Shown here piece after piece: positions 28,950 to 38,825 of a DNA stretch of 58,335 nt; position 1 is the stretch's first letter, and each line of letters begins with the position of its first letter. The notes below the pieces were generated by a model. The model saw only the letters and a list, made by a program, of their open reading frames with translations, had not been told where the DNA came from and made no database searches. The stretch is from a virus (lineage: Duplodnaviria > Caudoviricetes). A program made the translations under genes and the position numbers. Where the stretch lies: positions 1 through 58,335 of IMG/VR virus record IMGVR_UViG_3300048578_000131; one strand, 5' to 3'.

Positions 28950-30338
28950 TCAGGTGTTGTAACCGAAGTCGCCATGAACGAAGGCTTCCGGCCGATAGAC
29001 CGCAAGCGCCAGCCGTTCTTCGGCGCGCAGCGTCACCATGTTCTTTTCGAAGTCGGTGCTGTTCTCGGTCGAGAGCAGGACCTCGATTTCCAGCCGATCG
29101 AAAATCTGCGCAGCCATGCGGAAGTTTCCGACCAGGAATTCGTCGGCATCCATGGCCTGGCTTTCGACGACCGGGAGATTCCACAGCCGCGGCGTGTTGC
29201 CGTCCTGCGGATTGCCGATGATGTAGCGCTCCTGGCCATCCTTGGTGAGCTGGATACGCGCCCAATCCGTCGGATTGAGAACAATGCCGCTCGCCGGGAA
29301 TTCCGCGAGGAACACCTGCAGGATCGCAAGACGAATCTTGTCGATCGGCGACTCCGCCTCCGGCGTGAAGGCGGCACTATAGGCCGTAGCCTGCGGGATC
29401 AAGCCATGGATATGCTGGCCGGTGCCGTCGCCTGCGAGAAGTTCCTGCTCTTCGGCATAACGCAGACCGTAGCGAGCCCGCGCATCGATGTAGCTGCGCA
29501 GCGCCGGCGCATCGTCAAGGATTTGACGCGAAGCCTTGAAGATGTGCGCAATGGTGCGCACCGGGGCGGTCACCAGTTCGAAGGCGATGTCCGACTTCGG
29601 CTTGGTCGCACCTTCGGTGACCGGTCGGGCGTTGTTGGTGAAGCCGGTCTCCTTGGCATACTCGATCATACCCTGGGAGGTCGTGCCCGGCGCCAGCAGG
29701 TCGCGGATCGTCATCGTCCGCTCCGGCGGCATGATAATCCCTGGCTGACGGTCCGCACCAACGAGCGACGTGGCGCCGCTGGTGTTGTTACCCACCGTGC
29801 CGGTCAGCGTGGTGATATCCGAGCGGACAACACCCACACGGACCGAACCGCGGGTCGACGAATTGAACTTCTTGACGTTCTCGTCGTCGACGACGCACTG
29901 GCCGATCGTCCGTTCCAGCTGCGCATTGCTCGGACGGCCGCGCGTTGCCACTTCTTGTTCAACACCACTCAGCCGAGCCTTCGCTTCCAAGAGACCGGCC
30001 TCGAGCTTATTGCGCTCGCCCATCATCTTGGTGTGCTCGATCAGCAGCTTGTCGACTTCGGCCTTGGTCGCTTCCGCGAGCGCGCCCTTGTCCTTCGCTT
30101 CCTTGATGGCGGTGTCGGCTTTCTGGGTCAGCTCGTCGCTTTTAGCATTGAACTGCTTGGTGATCTCGCCGAGCTTATCGGTGAGCGCCTGCACGTCCTT
30201 CAGCGTGACGGCAGCGGCACCTTCGGCGATCATCAGACCGCTTCCATGCGCCGAGACGGGATCCACGCCTAGCGTAACCAGCGCAATGGCGGTGAGAACC
30301 AGCGCACCAAGCGCCAGTCCAAAATAATAGTTCTTCAT
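28950..30338 (-). CDS. Major capsid protein, HK97 family
   Basis: TIRDLL, VTEGATKPKS, IAHIFKASRQILDDAPAL, GDGTGQ, LWNLPVV, RAEERLALAVYRPEAF. Confidence 0.97.
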   Translation of the reverse strand: MKNYYFGLALGALVLTAIALVTLGVDPVSAHGSGLMIAEGAAAVTLKDVQALTDKLGEITKQFNAKSDELTQKADTAIKEAKDKGALAEATKAEVDKLLIEHTKMMGERNKLEAGLLEAKARLSGVEQEVATRGRPSNAQLERTIGQCVVDDENVKKFNSSTRGSVRVGVVRSDITTLTGTVGNNTSGATSLVGADRQPGIIMPPERTMTIRDLLAPGTTSQGMIEYAKETGFTNNARPVTEGATKPKSDIAFELVTAPVRTIAHIFKASRQILDDAPALRSYIDARARYGLRYAEEQELLAGDGTGQHIHGLIPQATAYSAAFTPEAESPIDKIRLAILQVFLAEFPASGIVLNPTDWARIQLTKDGQERYIIGNPQDGNTPRLWNLPVVESQAMDADEFLVGNFRMAAQIFDRLEIEVLLSTENSTDFEKNMVTLRAEERLALAVYRPEAFVHGDFGYNT

Positions 30339-30395
30339 GGGATAGTCTCCTGATACGCGCCGCACTCGACGGTCGCGCCAGCTTGAAGCTGGTGA

Positions 30396-31286
30396 TCAGC
30401 GGATTCCGATATCGGCTAATCGCTTGGCGAGATCGGCGTTCACACCAGCGTCCCGCGTGGTGTCATCGGCAGCGTCCCGCGTGCCGGCCTTCAACTCTGA
30501 AATCACGCGCAGGCGTTCAGCACGAGGCATCCCACCCTTCGCGAGAAAACGTTCGACGCGACGCTCCACGCCCGAGCTGGCCTGTGCGCCGCTTGCATTC
30601 TTTTCGACCTTGTCGGCCGGCAGCAGATCGTCAGCAAAACCCTTGTCGACCGCATCCTGACCGCCGATCCAGGTCTCCCGGTCCATCATTTTGCGAATAT
30701 CCTTGATGTCCATTCCGCTTCGCGCTGCATAGACATCAGCAGCGACCTGGTCGAACGGCTCCAGTAGATCGGCAGCATCGCGCAGATCGTTGCGGTCGCC
30801 GATGGCGACGATCCAGACATTGTGGATCATCAGGAAGCCTGCGCGCGGCACCTCAACCCGGTCACCGGCCATCGCGATGACGGAGGCGGCCGATGCGGCG
30901 ATACCCAGCACCTTGACAGTCACCTGCCGCGGATGCTCGCGAAGCAGATTGTAGATCGCAAGCCCCTCAAAATAATCGCCGCCGGGCGAATTGACATGCA
31001 CCACGACATCGCGATCGCCGATCGCCCGCAAAGCGGCCGCGACGCGCCGAGCGGTGATGCCCTCTCCTGTCCACCAATCCTCCCCGATCGGGCCGAGAAT
31101 GGAAATCGTGGCGGCAGCATCATCCTTTTCGTCCGCAGCGCGGATGGAGGAATCGAACCGAGACAGCGCCGACGGCTCGATATCGAATCCGAGGCCCGCA
31201 CGAAGCGCCGGTGCCGCAACTTTCGGCAGAGATCGAATACTCATGCGCAGGCGTCCGCGCAAGGCGGACCGGTCGAGACGATTCAT
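30396..31286 (-). CDS. ClpP-like head maturation protease
   Basis: VNSPGGD, IAASAASVIAMAGD, LMIHN, ETWIGGQDAVDKGFAD; start may be 31244. Confidence 0.95.
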   Translation of the reverse strand: MNRLDRSALRGRLRMSIRSLPKVAAPALRAGLGFDIEPSALSRFDSSIRAADEKDDAAATISILGPIGEDWWTGEGITARRVAAALRAIGDRDVVVHVNSPGGDYFEGLAIYNLLREHPRQVTVKVLGIAASAASVIAMAGDRVEVPRAGFLMIHNVWIVAIGDRNDLRDAADLLEPFDQVAADVYAARSGMDIKDIRKMMDRETWIGGQDAVDKGFADDLLPADKVEKNASGAQASSGVERRVERFLAKGGMPRAERLRVISELKAGTRDAADDTTRDAGVNADLAKRLADIGIR

Positions 31287-32548
31287 GCTGCCTTCCTTTC
31301 GTCGCGCTCTTCAAGTAGCCACGATCGCAAAGCATTGCGGATGGCATTGGACGATTGTTGCTGCTGACCAAGCTGACTCAGCGGGACGAGATTCGACTGG
31401 ACTGTCAGGTCATCGCCACCGTCAACCGCTGGCATGTTATCGAGCTTGCGCAACTCGTTTCGCGTACGCAGACCGTTCTGGGACAGCGTCGCCATCAGCG
31501 ATGCGCGACCGGCGCTGTCGGCGCGCAGAAGCCCTTCGAAATTGAATTCGAAGAATATCCCAGCCTCCCGGTCCGAAGCGGTGACAAGCCGCCGGTTCAC
31601 CGCCGCCTCGATGCGCTTCAGATACGCCCGGAGCCCCAGCACCAGCCAGCCGAGAATGATCTGCTCAATGCCAGACCCCCACATCGTCTGCCCTTCCTGG
31701 GCATGACCGATCAGGATCGGCGGCACACCCATCCAGCGACAGACATCCGCAACCGAGAAATTGCGCGCCATCAAAAGTTCGGCGTCACGCGGCGAGATAT
31801 TGAAATTGCCCCACTCAAAACCGGGGGGGACAACGATCCCCTTGTTCTGACCTTCGATTCCCTCACCGGGCTTGAGGTAGTTCTCGTAGAACTGCTGACG
31901 CTGCTCCGGATCCATCACGGCCGGTGGCTTCCAGTAGCCCGCAGCCCGAAGCCCCTTATTGAACAAGCGCGACGCCGCCTTTTCGGCGGCCGTCGCACCA
32001 CTGAGGGACCGCCCCGCATAACTGATTGGAGAAAGACCTTCGTCGCCGTCGATACCAAAGCCGCGGATGTGAAACACCTTCTCCGGCGGCAAGTATTCGA
32101 CGCGCCCGCGATCAATTGTCTTGTACCGCAGCCGGTTCGTCTCCGGCTCACGATCTGTTCGGCAGAGCACCTCACGGAATGGCTCCAGCGCGACGATTCG
32201 ATCTCCAATGGACCGCTTCTCGCAATAGGAGTTGCCGTCGATACAGATCGGAGCGACACGGCCCTCCCACCACTCAACGGCAGTCTGCTCGGCATTGGGG
32301 GCGTAGTTCAGCAGTTCGTACAATCGATGATCCGGACGCGCGACGCGATCAGCACCACTACGTTCAAAAACACCACCAGGCAGCGTTGCAACCGTTTCCG
32401 TAATGAGCTTCGTGCTGGACCACCATGACGACAGCTTCATGGCCGCACCCGCGGTCATGCAGTCGGAATCGGAGTCGCCATCACCAACATAAACGATATC
32501 AGACAATCGCCCGCGGCGGTTGCGACGAAGCCAGCTCCAGAACGACAT
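31283..32548 (-). CDS. Portal protein, HK97 family
   Basis: VFHIRGFG, GLSPI, VCRWMGVPP, EGLLRADS, NELRKLDN. Confidence 0.97.
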   Translation of the reverse strand: MSFWSWLRRNRRGRLSDIVYVGDGDSDSDCMTAGAAMKLSSWWSSTKLITETVATLPGGVFERSGADRVARPDHRLYELLNYAPNAEQTAVEWWEGRVAPICIDGNSYCEKRSIGDRIVALEPFREVLCRTDREPETNRLRYKTIDRGRVEYLPPEKVFHIRGFGIDGDEGLSPISYAGRSLSGATAAEKAASRLFNKGLRAAGYWKPPAVMDPEQRQQFYENYLKPGEGIEGQNKGIVVPPGFEWGNFNISPRDAELLMARNFSVADVCRWMGVPPILIGHAQEGQTMWGSGIEQIILGWLVLGLRAYLKRIEAAVNRRLVTASDREAGIFFEFNFEGLLRADSAGRASLMATLSQNGLRTRNELRKLDNMPAVDGGDDLTVQSNLVPLSQLGQQQQSSNAIRNALRSWLLEERDERKAA

Positions 32549-34245
32549 CAGATGGCCACCGCCGGATGCTTCAACCAGCCGTCCATGTCAAAGACGGGCT
32601 TCGCCTCCGGATTCCAGCTCATTGGAATCGTCGCACAGAACGCCGCATGCAGCGGATCGATTTTCGCCCGGCCGGCAACCTGCTTCGTGATCATGTTGCC
32701 ATTCGCCTTTATCTCGACCTTGGCGTTGCCGACGACCCAGTTCATCATCTCGGACCCGCAATGCGACACCGTCCCGTCGGACAGCTTGTGCTCGAGACCC
32801 CAGATCGCCGGCGACAACGCCGGCCCCTGGATCAACCGCACCAGCATCTCACCAGTAATGCCGATGCCGGCCAGCGCCTCGATCATCGCCGCCACCGAGT
32901 TCGGATCGAATCCGACGGCCTTCTTTTCCGGCAACAACCCAGCATCCTTCACCATCGCGATATCCGCGATGATCAGCGGGATGATGTCTCCGGGCTTCTG
33001 ACGGATGATCAGTGACCGCTCCTCCGCGAAGTCGCGAAGTCGCGGGGCGATCTCCTTCCGCGTCTCCAACACATCCTGGACGCAAAATGCTTTGGTCCAG
33101 AGCAGCCAGCGTCGTGTGACCTTCTCGCGGCCCATGACAGCAAGGCCGAATAGATCGTCAAGACCGCCAACATCGAAGCCGATCGTACACACCTCCGATC
33201 GCGCGATCAGCGCCGGCAGAGTCAACGTCTTGTCAGCACAGGCCTCCCAATAGTCCGCACCACGCCAGCCGTCGTTTGAAAGTCCCTGTCCAATCTCGAC
33301 ATTGAGATGCTTCGCGAAGAAGCCGTTGAGTTGCGGCTTTCCGGCACGCGCGGCCTCATCGTGCTTGACGGACAGATACTGCTCGTCGACCGATGCTCCC
33401 ATGTTCGGGTTGGTGACGAACCAGTAATCCTTCCTCTGGTAGGCCTTCTCTTCGAGCAGATGCGATGGATATTCGTAGAGGACAGGCAGGCTGCCCGGCA
33501 CCACGATCTGGCCGTCGCGAATGGCGCGGAATTCCTTCAGCTTTTGTGCAAACACACCGGCCGGCTGATCCTCAGACTGCGTCGACAGGTAGATCACGAA
33601 CCCTTCGGGGCGGGACGCGAGCCCTCCGGTTGCCTCAAGAAGCATATTCTCCGCATTCGCGCGCTTGCCGAAGACGTGCAGTTCATCAACCAGAAGTCCG
33701 ATCGTCTTCTTACCGGACACCACTTCGGTGTCTGCGGCGATCACCTTCAGGAAGGCGCCCGTATTGCGATGCTCGATCACGCGCCCGGCGCTCGGCTTCA
33801 GGATGGCGCGCAGCTCGGTGTCGGCCATCACCATGTCACGCGCTGGCGCATAGGAGTTGTCGGCAACCTCTTTCGTCGGCGCCAGAATGTAGAATTCGCC
33901 GGACTGCCGCCAATTGCGGATCAGCGCCGTGATCATGATGCCGGCAGCGAGCGTCGACTTGCCGTTCTTCTTGCTTATCAGCAGGAAGAAGTTCTGGATG
34001 TGCCGGCGGCCTTCCTCCGCGTCATAGGCCCCGAACACCGCACCGACGAAATCGAGGATCCAGTCCCGCCCTGCCTCGCCGAAGGTCGGACGTCCGGCCG
34101 CGTCGACAATGCGCAGCGACCGGAAAATCTCCAGCGCCGATTCCGCCTCCGCCGGAAACAGCGGCTCGAACGGGATCAGCGAGCGGTGCGGACTGGCGAG
34201 AATGCGGTCCTGCCAATCTAGGCAGGCCGTCGACCATGTCTTCAC
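32548..34245 (-). CDS. terL: Terminase large subunit
   Basis: ISKKNGKS Walker A, LVDELH Walker B, DVGGLDDL, KIDPLHA. Confidence 0.97.
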   Translation of the reverse strand: MKTWSTACLDWQDRILASPHRSLIPFEPLFPAEAESALEIFRSLRIVDAAGRPTFGEAGRDWILDFVGAVFGAYDAEEGRRHIQNFFLLISKKNGKSTLAAGIMITALIRNWRQSGEFYILAPTKEVADNSYAPARDMVMADTELRAILKPSAGRVIEHRNTGAFLKVIAADTEVVSGKKTIGLLVDELHVFGKRANAENMLLEATGGLASRPEGFVIYLSTQSEDQPAGVFAQKLKEFRAIRDGQIVVPGSLPVLYEYPSHLLEEKAYQRKDYWFVTNPNMGASVDEQYLSVKHDEAARAGKPQLNGFFAKHLNVEIGQGLSNDGWRGADYWEACADKTLTLPALIARSEVCTIGFDVGGLDDLFGLAVMGREKVTRRWLLWTKAFCVQDVLETRKEIAPRLRDFAEERSLIIRQKPGDIIPLIIADIAMVKDAGLLPEKKAVGFDPNSVAAMIEALAGIGITGEMLVRLIQGPALSPAIWGLEHKLSDGTVSHCGSEMMNWVVGNAKVEIKANGNMITKQVAGRAKIDPLHAAFCATIPMSWNPEAKPVFDMDGWLKHPAVAI

Positions 34246-34874
34246 TGCAGGTTCTCTACCTGTCGCCGTGGCGGCGCCGGTGTTGCGTAGCGGCCGGTGG
34301 CCGCGGCCTCCGCCGCACGTTGTGCCTCTTCCTTCTTGCCGAGCGGCCGCTCACGCTGCTCGTCCGGCATGCGAGCCTTGCCGACGGTGCCAAGCCCGCG
34401 GTCCAGCAGCGCACGGGATGCGGACGCGATAGCAGACTCGCTCGCACCGTCAGTCGCAATTTTGCGCAGGACCTCGATCGCGAGGTTGGCATATTTCCGG
34501 GACTCTTCCCGAATCTCGGAGGTGAGTGACGGTGCGAGCGCGGGCGCAACCATGAACGGCAACATGGCGGCGTCGCCGCCGATCTCGACCGCCGGCTTGC
34601 CGTAGCCGCGATCGAGGATTTCCTTCGCCGCCGCAATCTTGGCCGCCTCGCTCGAGCCGTAGAACAGCAACTTCACCAGGGCTTCGATCGCATCACGGGC
34701 ATGGCGCTGCGCAACCCCGTCGATCTCATCCGGCGCCGGCGTCGCGAGCGCACTGATCCGATTGAGGTCGCTCAACGCCGATGGCTTGACATAGCCCTTC
34801 GGCTTCCGGCCCGCGCCCGGCCGCTTGCCGCCGCGGCGGGACTTCGGAGCCCCCGTATCTGTGTCTGGACGCAT
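34242..34874 (-). CDS. terS: Terminase small subunit with internal duplication
   Basis: RGGKRPGAGRK at the N-terminus; LGKKEEAQRAA...YATPAPP at the C-terminus; directly upstream of terL. Confidence 0.85.
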   Translation of the reverse strand: MRPDTDTGAPKSRRGGKRPGAGRKPKGYVKPSALSDLNRISALATPAPDEIDGVAQRHARDAIEALVKLLFYGSSEAAKIAAAKEILDRGYGKPAVEIGGDAAMLPFMVAPALAPSLTSEIREESRKYANLAIEVLRKIATDGASESAIASASRALLDRGLGTVGKARMPDEQRERPLGKKEEAQRAAEAAATGRYATPAPPRRQVENLQ

Positions 34875-35120
34875 ACGTTTGATTTCCAGAATTCAAAGAC
34901 CGCAATCAAACCTCATGCCACCAGAAGATATTTTGTGCGCGTGAGGGGCCCGCAGGTCCGGGCGATCGACATGTTCGGAAGTTTTGACCCACCCCCCCCT
35001 CATGGTCGAAAAATTTCGGTTTGGGTTTTCCCACACTCGATTTTTTTTGACCGAAGGCGTGTCGAAGATCGGCCCGTTAAAATTACAATTTCTAATAACA
35101 GGTGTAATTTTACGGGGCGA
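34875..35120. other. Probable cos / packaging region
   Basis: AT-rich intergenic stretch between HNH and terS with GGGGGGGTGGGTCAAAA on the minus strand; this is the usual cos position in HK97-like phages. Cut site not determined. Confidence 0.55.
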
Positions 35121-35414
35121 TCACCACCAAACACCCTGCTGATACTTGGTCGCCTGCTCTTCGGCACGCTTCGCGGTATCGTGGCACGGCTTGCAGAGCG
35201 TCTGAAGGTTCTCGGGATCGAAGAACTTCCGCTCGTCACCACGATGCGGCTTTACGTGGTCGCAGATCAGCCTGGAGGTTTTGCCTTCGATCCGGCCGCA
35301 TCCCGGCATTTGGCAGGTGAACAGGTCCCGCAGGAACGTCGCCTGCCTCAGCCTTTTCCACTGAGCCGTCTTGTACCACTTCCGCCATGGCGGATCGACG
35401 CGTCGCTGACTCAT
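35121..35414 (-). CDS. HNH endonuclease (terminase-associated)
   Basis: CQMPGC, CDHVKPHRGD, NLQTLCKPCH. Confidence 0.93.
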   Translation of the reverse strand: MSQRRVDPPWRKWYKTAQWKRLRQATFLRDLFTCQMPGCGRIEGKTSRLICDHVKPHRGDERKFFDPENLQTLCKPCHDTAKRAEEQATKYQQGVWW

Positions 35415-35513
35415 CCTACAAAAAGGGCCGCAGCCGGTTACCCCGGCCACGGCCCAAGTTCCTGGGAGGAAACGCTAAAGGCGAAGATGGTGATCTCGCC
35501 TATCCTATATGCA

Positions 35514-35539
35514 AAAGCCCCGCGCGGTGGCGGGGCTTT
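35514..35539 (-). terminator. Intrinsic terminator upstream of the late genes
   Basis: 10-bp stem AAAGCCCCGC / GCGGGGCTTT. Confidence 0.7.
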
Positions 35540-35695
35540 GAAACTCAGGGCGGAATCCTACTCTCGCACTGACCGCGATTTTTCAATCGGATGCCAGTTC
35601 CAGCCGCCACCGGAAGAGCACACATACCCGCCAAGGCGGAGAGCTCAATCCCGAGGCACGTTCCATTTGCCCAATGACTCCCCTTGCCGATTCGG

Positions 35696-35890
35696 TCAAG
35701 GGGCTGATTGCATCGCCTCAATGGCTACTCTGGCGTTATCCCGATAAATCTGTGCGACATCGGGCTTAAGCTCGCAGAACATGGCCCAGCCTCCCTTGCT
35801 TTTGGGGAAGCAATCACCGTGGTGCTCGTACAGCGCCCTCGCAACATGCTCGATCATCTTGGTATCTGGGGGGGGGGGGGGTATCGACAT
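35696..35890 (-). CDS. Small hypothetical protein with a poly-C tract near its start
   Basis: GGAGGA RBS; MIEHVARAL...ARVAIEAM. Confidence 0.6.
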   Translation of the reverse strand: MSIPPPPPDTKMIEHVARALYEHHGDCFPKSKGGWAMFCELKPDVAQIYRDNARVAIEAMQSAP

Positions 35891-35892
35891 GC

Positions 35893-36576
35893 TCAGTCCT
35901 CCGGTGAAAGGCCAAGGGCCTTGTGCAGCTTGCTCTTGTTCGCTTGTTCGGCTTCGGTTTCCGGCTCGTCCCATGTGCCCATCGACTTGCTGAAGCCCCA
36001 GCACCGGACGCGGACCACCTCCGCACCCTTCTCCCATTCAGCATAATCAGCCTCGTAGCGCGCCTGCCCGCGCTTGCCCTTGTATTTGCGGCGCAAGGGC
36101 CTGCCGTCGATATGAACTTCAGGCGCCGGATTGTTTTCGTTTTCCGCGACACGCAGATCGTTGATGACATTCCACGGCACGATGGCGGGTGACCCGTCGG
36201 CATGGCGCAATACGTCACGGACACCGGTGCATGCCCGGATGCGCTGCACGTTGCCGCCCAGCCCGAAGGCGTAGACAAACAGGTAGTTCCGGTAGAGCGG
36301 TCGTGAGATGTCGTATTTGCGACCGCGCCTGATTTCGACCACACGTTCAAGCGCTTGGAACACCCCGAAGCGCCGGCCGATCAGATGACCGGACGCGACG
36401 TTGAGTTCACCGTGGAAGCAGTCCGCAACCAGCCAGCAGCCCTTGTCCTCGACCATCTGGGCGACAAGCGGATTGAGCGGACCGGCATTGGCCTCCGCTT
36501 CGATCCGGCCGATCTCTTCGGCACTCAGCGCCGCAAGTCCTTCGCTGATCGGCCGCAGGTTGCTCGCCATCTCCAT
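35893..36576 (-). CDS. NusG-like (NGN domain) antitermination/late regulator
   Basis: RPLYRNYLFV, IRACTGVRDVL, PAIVPWNVI; sits at the Q-gene position. Confidence 0.8.
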   Translation of the reverse strand: MEMASNLRPISEGLAALSAEEIGRIEAEANAGPLNPLVAQMVEDKGCWLVADCFHGELNVASGHLIGRRFGVFQALERVVEIRRGRKYDISRPLYRNYLFVYAFGLGGNVQRIRACTGVRDVLRHADGSPAIVPWNVINDLRVAENENNPAPEVHIDGRPLRRKYKGKRGQARYEADYAEWEKGAEVVRVRCWGFSKSMGTWDEPETEAEQANKSKLHKALGLSPED

Positions 36577-36623
36577 ATGTCCCTCTCAATGCGAATAATA
36601 GAATTCGGGGTTTGTTGTTTCGA

Positions 36624-37757
36624 TCAGGCGGCAGTGGGTTCTTCGGGCGGGTCCGCTCCTTGACCTATCGTGCCGTCCTTGCGGGGCGGCCAAGGGAACG
36701 GGACACGCAGCACACGGCCGTCAGCACCCGCGCTGCGGATGAAATTCGGCGGGATGTGTGTCTGGAGCCAGCGCATCCACGCCGCAAAGCGGCCATCGCG
36801 GGCGGCCTCCCTAACCTCGATCCAGACTGTCCGATCCGTATTGAGCGCGCTCAGCACAGCCGGAAGCTCGCATGGCACCGTGACCATGCGAGCCATCGGC
36901 GGGCCTGACAGCCAGAAATGCGGAAATCCATCGCGCTGTCGGCCAGCGATATCCATGATCGCCCGCCAGATCAGCCCCTGCTCCGATGCCTCTGGCACCA
37001 TGGGCCGCTGCTGCGCGGCCTGCGCGTCAGGCCTGCCCAGCAGCGTCCAGCGCTTCTCCTCGAGATATTTCCAGCCGGCGGGGATGTTCGACCGTTTGAC
37101 CTTGCGCAGATGATCGAGAAATTCGGGAATCTTCGCCATCGCATCCTTGCGTTCTGCCTCGGTCAGGCCGCGCGCGGCGTTGGCGATGCGTGATTGATCA
37201 TCGGCGGCGGCTGTCGGCCATTGCAGCTTGAACGCGGCGAGCCATTTCGCGAACTTCTCGTGCGCTTCCTCGCGCGCGCGCGCGTCTCTCTCAGGTTCAG
37301 AAGAGATTCCTTGAGAGTATCCTTCTAAGGGTGCCGGTCCAGAACCGGCACCCCCCGCCGGTGTACCGGCACCCCCTGCCGGTGTACCGGCACCCCCCAC
37401 CTCTTCAGCGGGGGCCTCATCTTCCCCGGTCAGCGCCGCCGGCAGATCGTCGCGATCGAGCCTCACACGATAGGAGTAGGCCGCGAAGGGTTGCTCGCCG
37501 GATTCTGGCGCGCGCGAGCCGCGCCCGTTCGCGCGCTTTTCGACCCAGCCCGTGTCGACCAACAGTTCGATGGCGTCCTGCACGGTCGAGCGGCCACAAC
37601 GAAGCTCGCGCGCCATCTTGACCTGGCTTCGGGTGCACCAACCCTGATTGTTGGTGTGACGGCCGAGCAGGCAAAGCACCTGCAGCGCGCGCGGTGTCAG
37701 CCGCTCGTCGATAATGGCCCCAGCCGGGATGACCGAGAACCGGTAATTGAAGCTCAT
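36624..37757 (-). CDS. Replication initiator (HTH domain, lambda O-like position)
   Basis: SQVKMARELRCGRSTVQDAIELLVDTGW; internal iteron-like repeats. Confidence 0.8.
   Translation of the reverse strand: MSFNYRFSVIPAGAIIDERLTPRALQVLCLLGRHTNNQGWCTRSQVKMARELRCGRSTVQDAIELLVDTGWVEKRANGRGSRAPESGEQPFAAYSYRVRLDRDDLPAALTGEDEAPAEEVGGAGTPAGGAGTPAGGAGSGPAPLEGYSQGISSEPERDARAREEAHEKFAKWLAAFKLQWPTAAADDQSRIANAARGLTEAERKDAMAKIPEFLDHLRKVKRSNIPAGWKYLEEKRWTLLGRPDAQAAQQRPMVPEASEQGLIWRAIMDIAGRQRDGFPHFWLSGPPMARMVTVPCELPAVLSALNTDRTVWIEVREAARDGRFAAWMRWLQTHIPPNFIRSAGADGRVLRVPFPWPPRKDGTIGQGADPPEEPTAA
37344..37398. repeat. 21-bp tandem iteron-like repeats; candidate replication origin
   Basis: ACCGGCACCCCC(C/T)GCCGGTGT x2 plus a partial third copy; each unit is an inverted repeat. 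Confidence 0.7.
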
Positions 37758-37824
37758 AACGCCTCGTCGGATTGTTCTTATTTCTCGAAAGACGCAGACG
37801 CTACAAAGCACACTGACGCGCGGC

Positions 37825-38406
37825 TTACACGCCGCGCTCGGCCCAGCGAAAAACTTGCAGGGCACAACCCCACGGGTCTTTCCATAGCTCCGAACCGGTG
37901 AAGCGAAATACCTCCAGCCCTGCCAAGGCCGCAGATCGATCCCGCGCGCGATCGCGCGATGCCTGTTCTTTTGTTCGCTCATGAAAGTCGTGACCGTCAC
38001 ACTCGACGATCAGGCGCCGCCAGCCAGGTATTCCGCCCTCTGGTTCGCGCGGCCAATCCGCGTAGGCATGCAGCAGAAAATCGACGCGCCCAATGTCATT
38101 GATCTCGATCTGACGCTGCAGGATCAGATAGTTCCTGAAGTCATCCGCAGCCTTCAATTCAGCAAGATATTCCGGGCGACTCTTCGGAATAACCTTTAGG
38201 TCCCAAGGCCAGATCAGAGCATCATGCCGACCATGAGCGCAGACCGTGTCGAGAGCCAGGTAAAATAGGCGCTCGATTGGGCTGTCTCCCATAAGGTTCG
38301 GCAGCCCATAATCCATTTCCATGATCGCGCCGCGACTGCACACCTCCGCAGCCACCACGTCCGCAGCCTGTTCGGCCAACCGCTCTACGCCAAATCGTTT
38401 ACTCAT
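37825..38406 (-). CDS. DUF559/Vsr-like endonuclease
   Basis: SPIE, RVDFL, IVECDGHDFH, RDRARDR, FRFTGSE. Confidence 0.85.
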   Translation of the reverse strand: MSKRFGVERLAEQAADVVAAEVCSRGAIMEMDYGLPNLMGDSPIERLFYLALDTVCAHGRHDALIWPWDLKVIPKSRPEYLAELKAADDFRNYLILQRQIEINDIGRVDFLLHAYADWPREPEGGIPGWRRLIVECDGHDFHERTKEQASRDRARDRSAALAGLEVFRFTGSELWKDPWGCALQVFRWAERGV

Positions 38407-38825
38407 GGGATGATTGCCGTTCGTGTTTCTGTTCGGGGTGGGACGCGGACGCTACGGGTACGGAATCGAGATTCATCAGACGAACAAGCGCTGCTGCACC
38501 GGCTGATCTTTCGGCAAGCCGAGATGCAAGAGTGCGGAACGCATACGCTGCCTGTAGCGGATGAACGCCGTTTCCGAGCATGCGGAGTTCTTCAATGCGA
38601 GCTTCGTCCATCCCGGCGCCCAGCCCATCAGCCACGCGACGAAGGTGGCGTTGAGCGAGCGCCTGAATGATGGACGCATGAACGCGCGGCGCGCGCCCCG
38701 CCTTTCCGCCTTGATCGCCATGCGCGAGCATCTGGCATTGCCAGTTCGATGCCGAGATCAAGCCCGCCTCCGCCGGTGCAGAGGCTGATGAAGCTGACGG
38801 GTCTGGAACGTAGAGCCACATTCAA
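38399..38825 (-). pseudogene. Internally deleted two-frame C5-cytosine methyltransferase
   Basis: Motif I FISLCTGGGGLDLG, motif X LRMLGNGV and motif IX-like LNATFVAWLMGW lie in three different frames; catalytic PC and ENV motifs absent. Confidence 0.75.

Noticed and set aside
37344-37398. Palindromic repeats as a second CRISPR array
   Set aside because: Tandem with no spacers and inside the replication gene; fits iterons.
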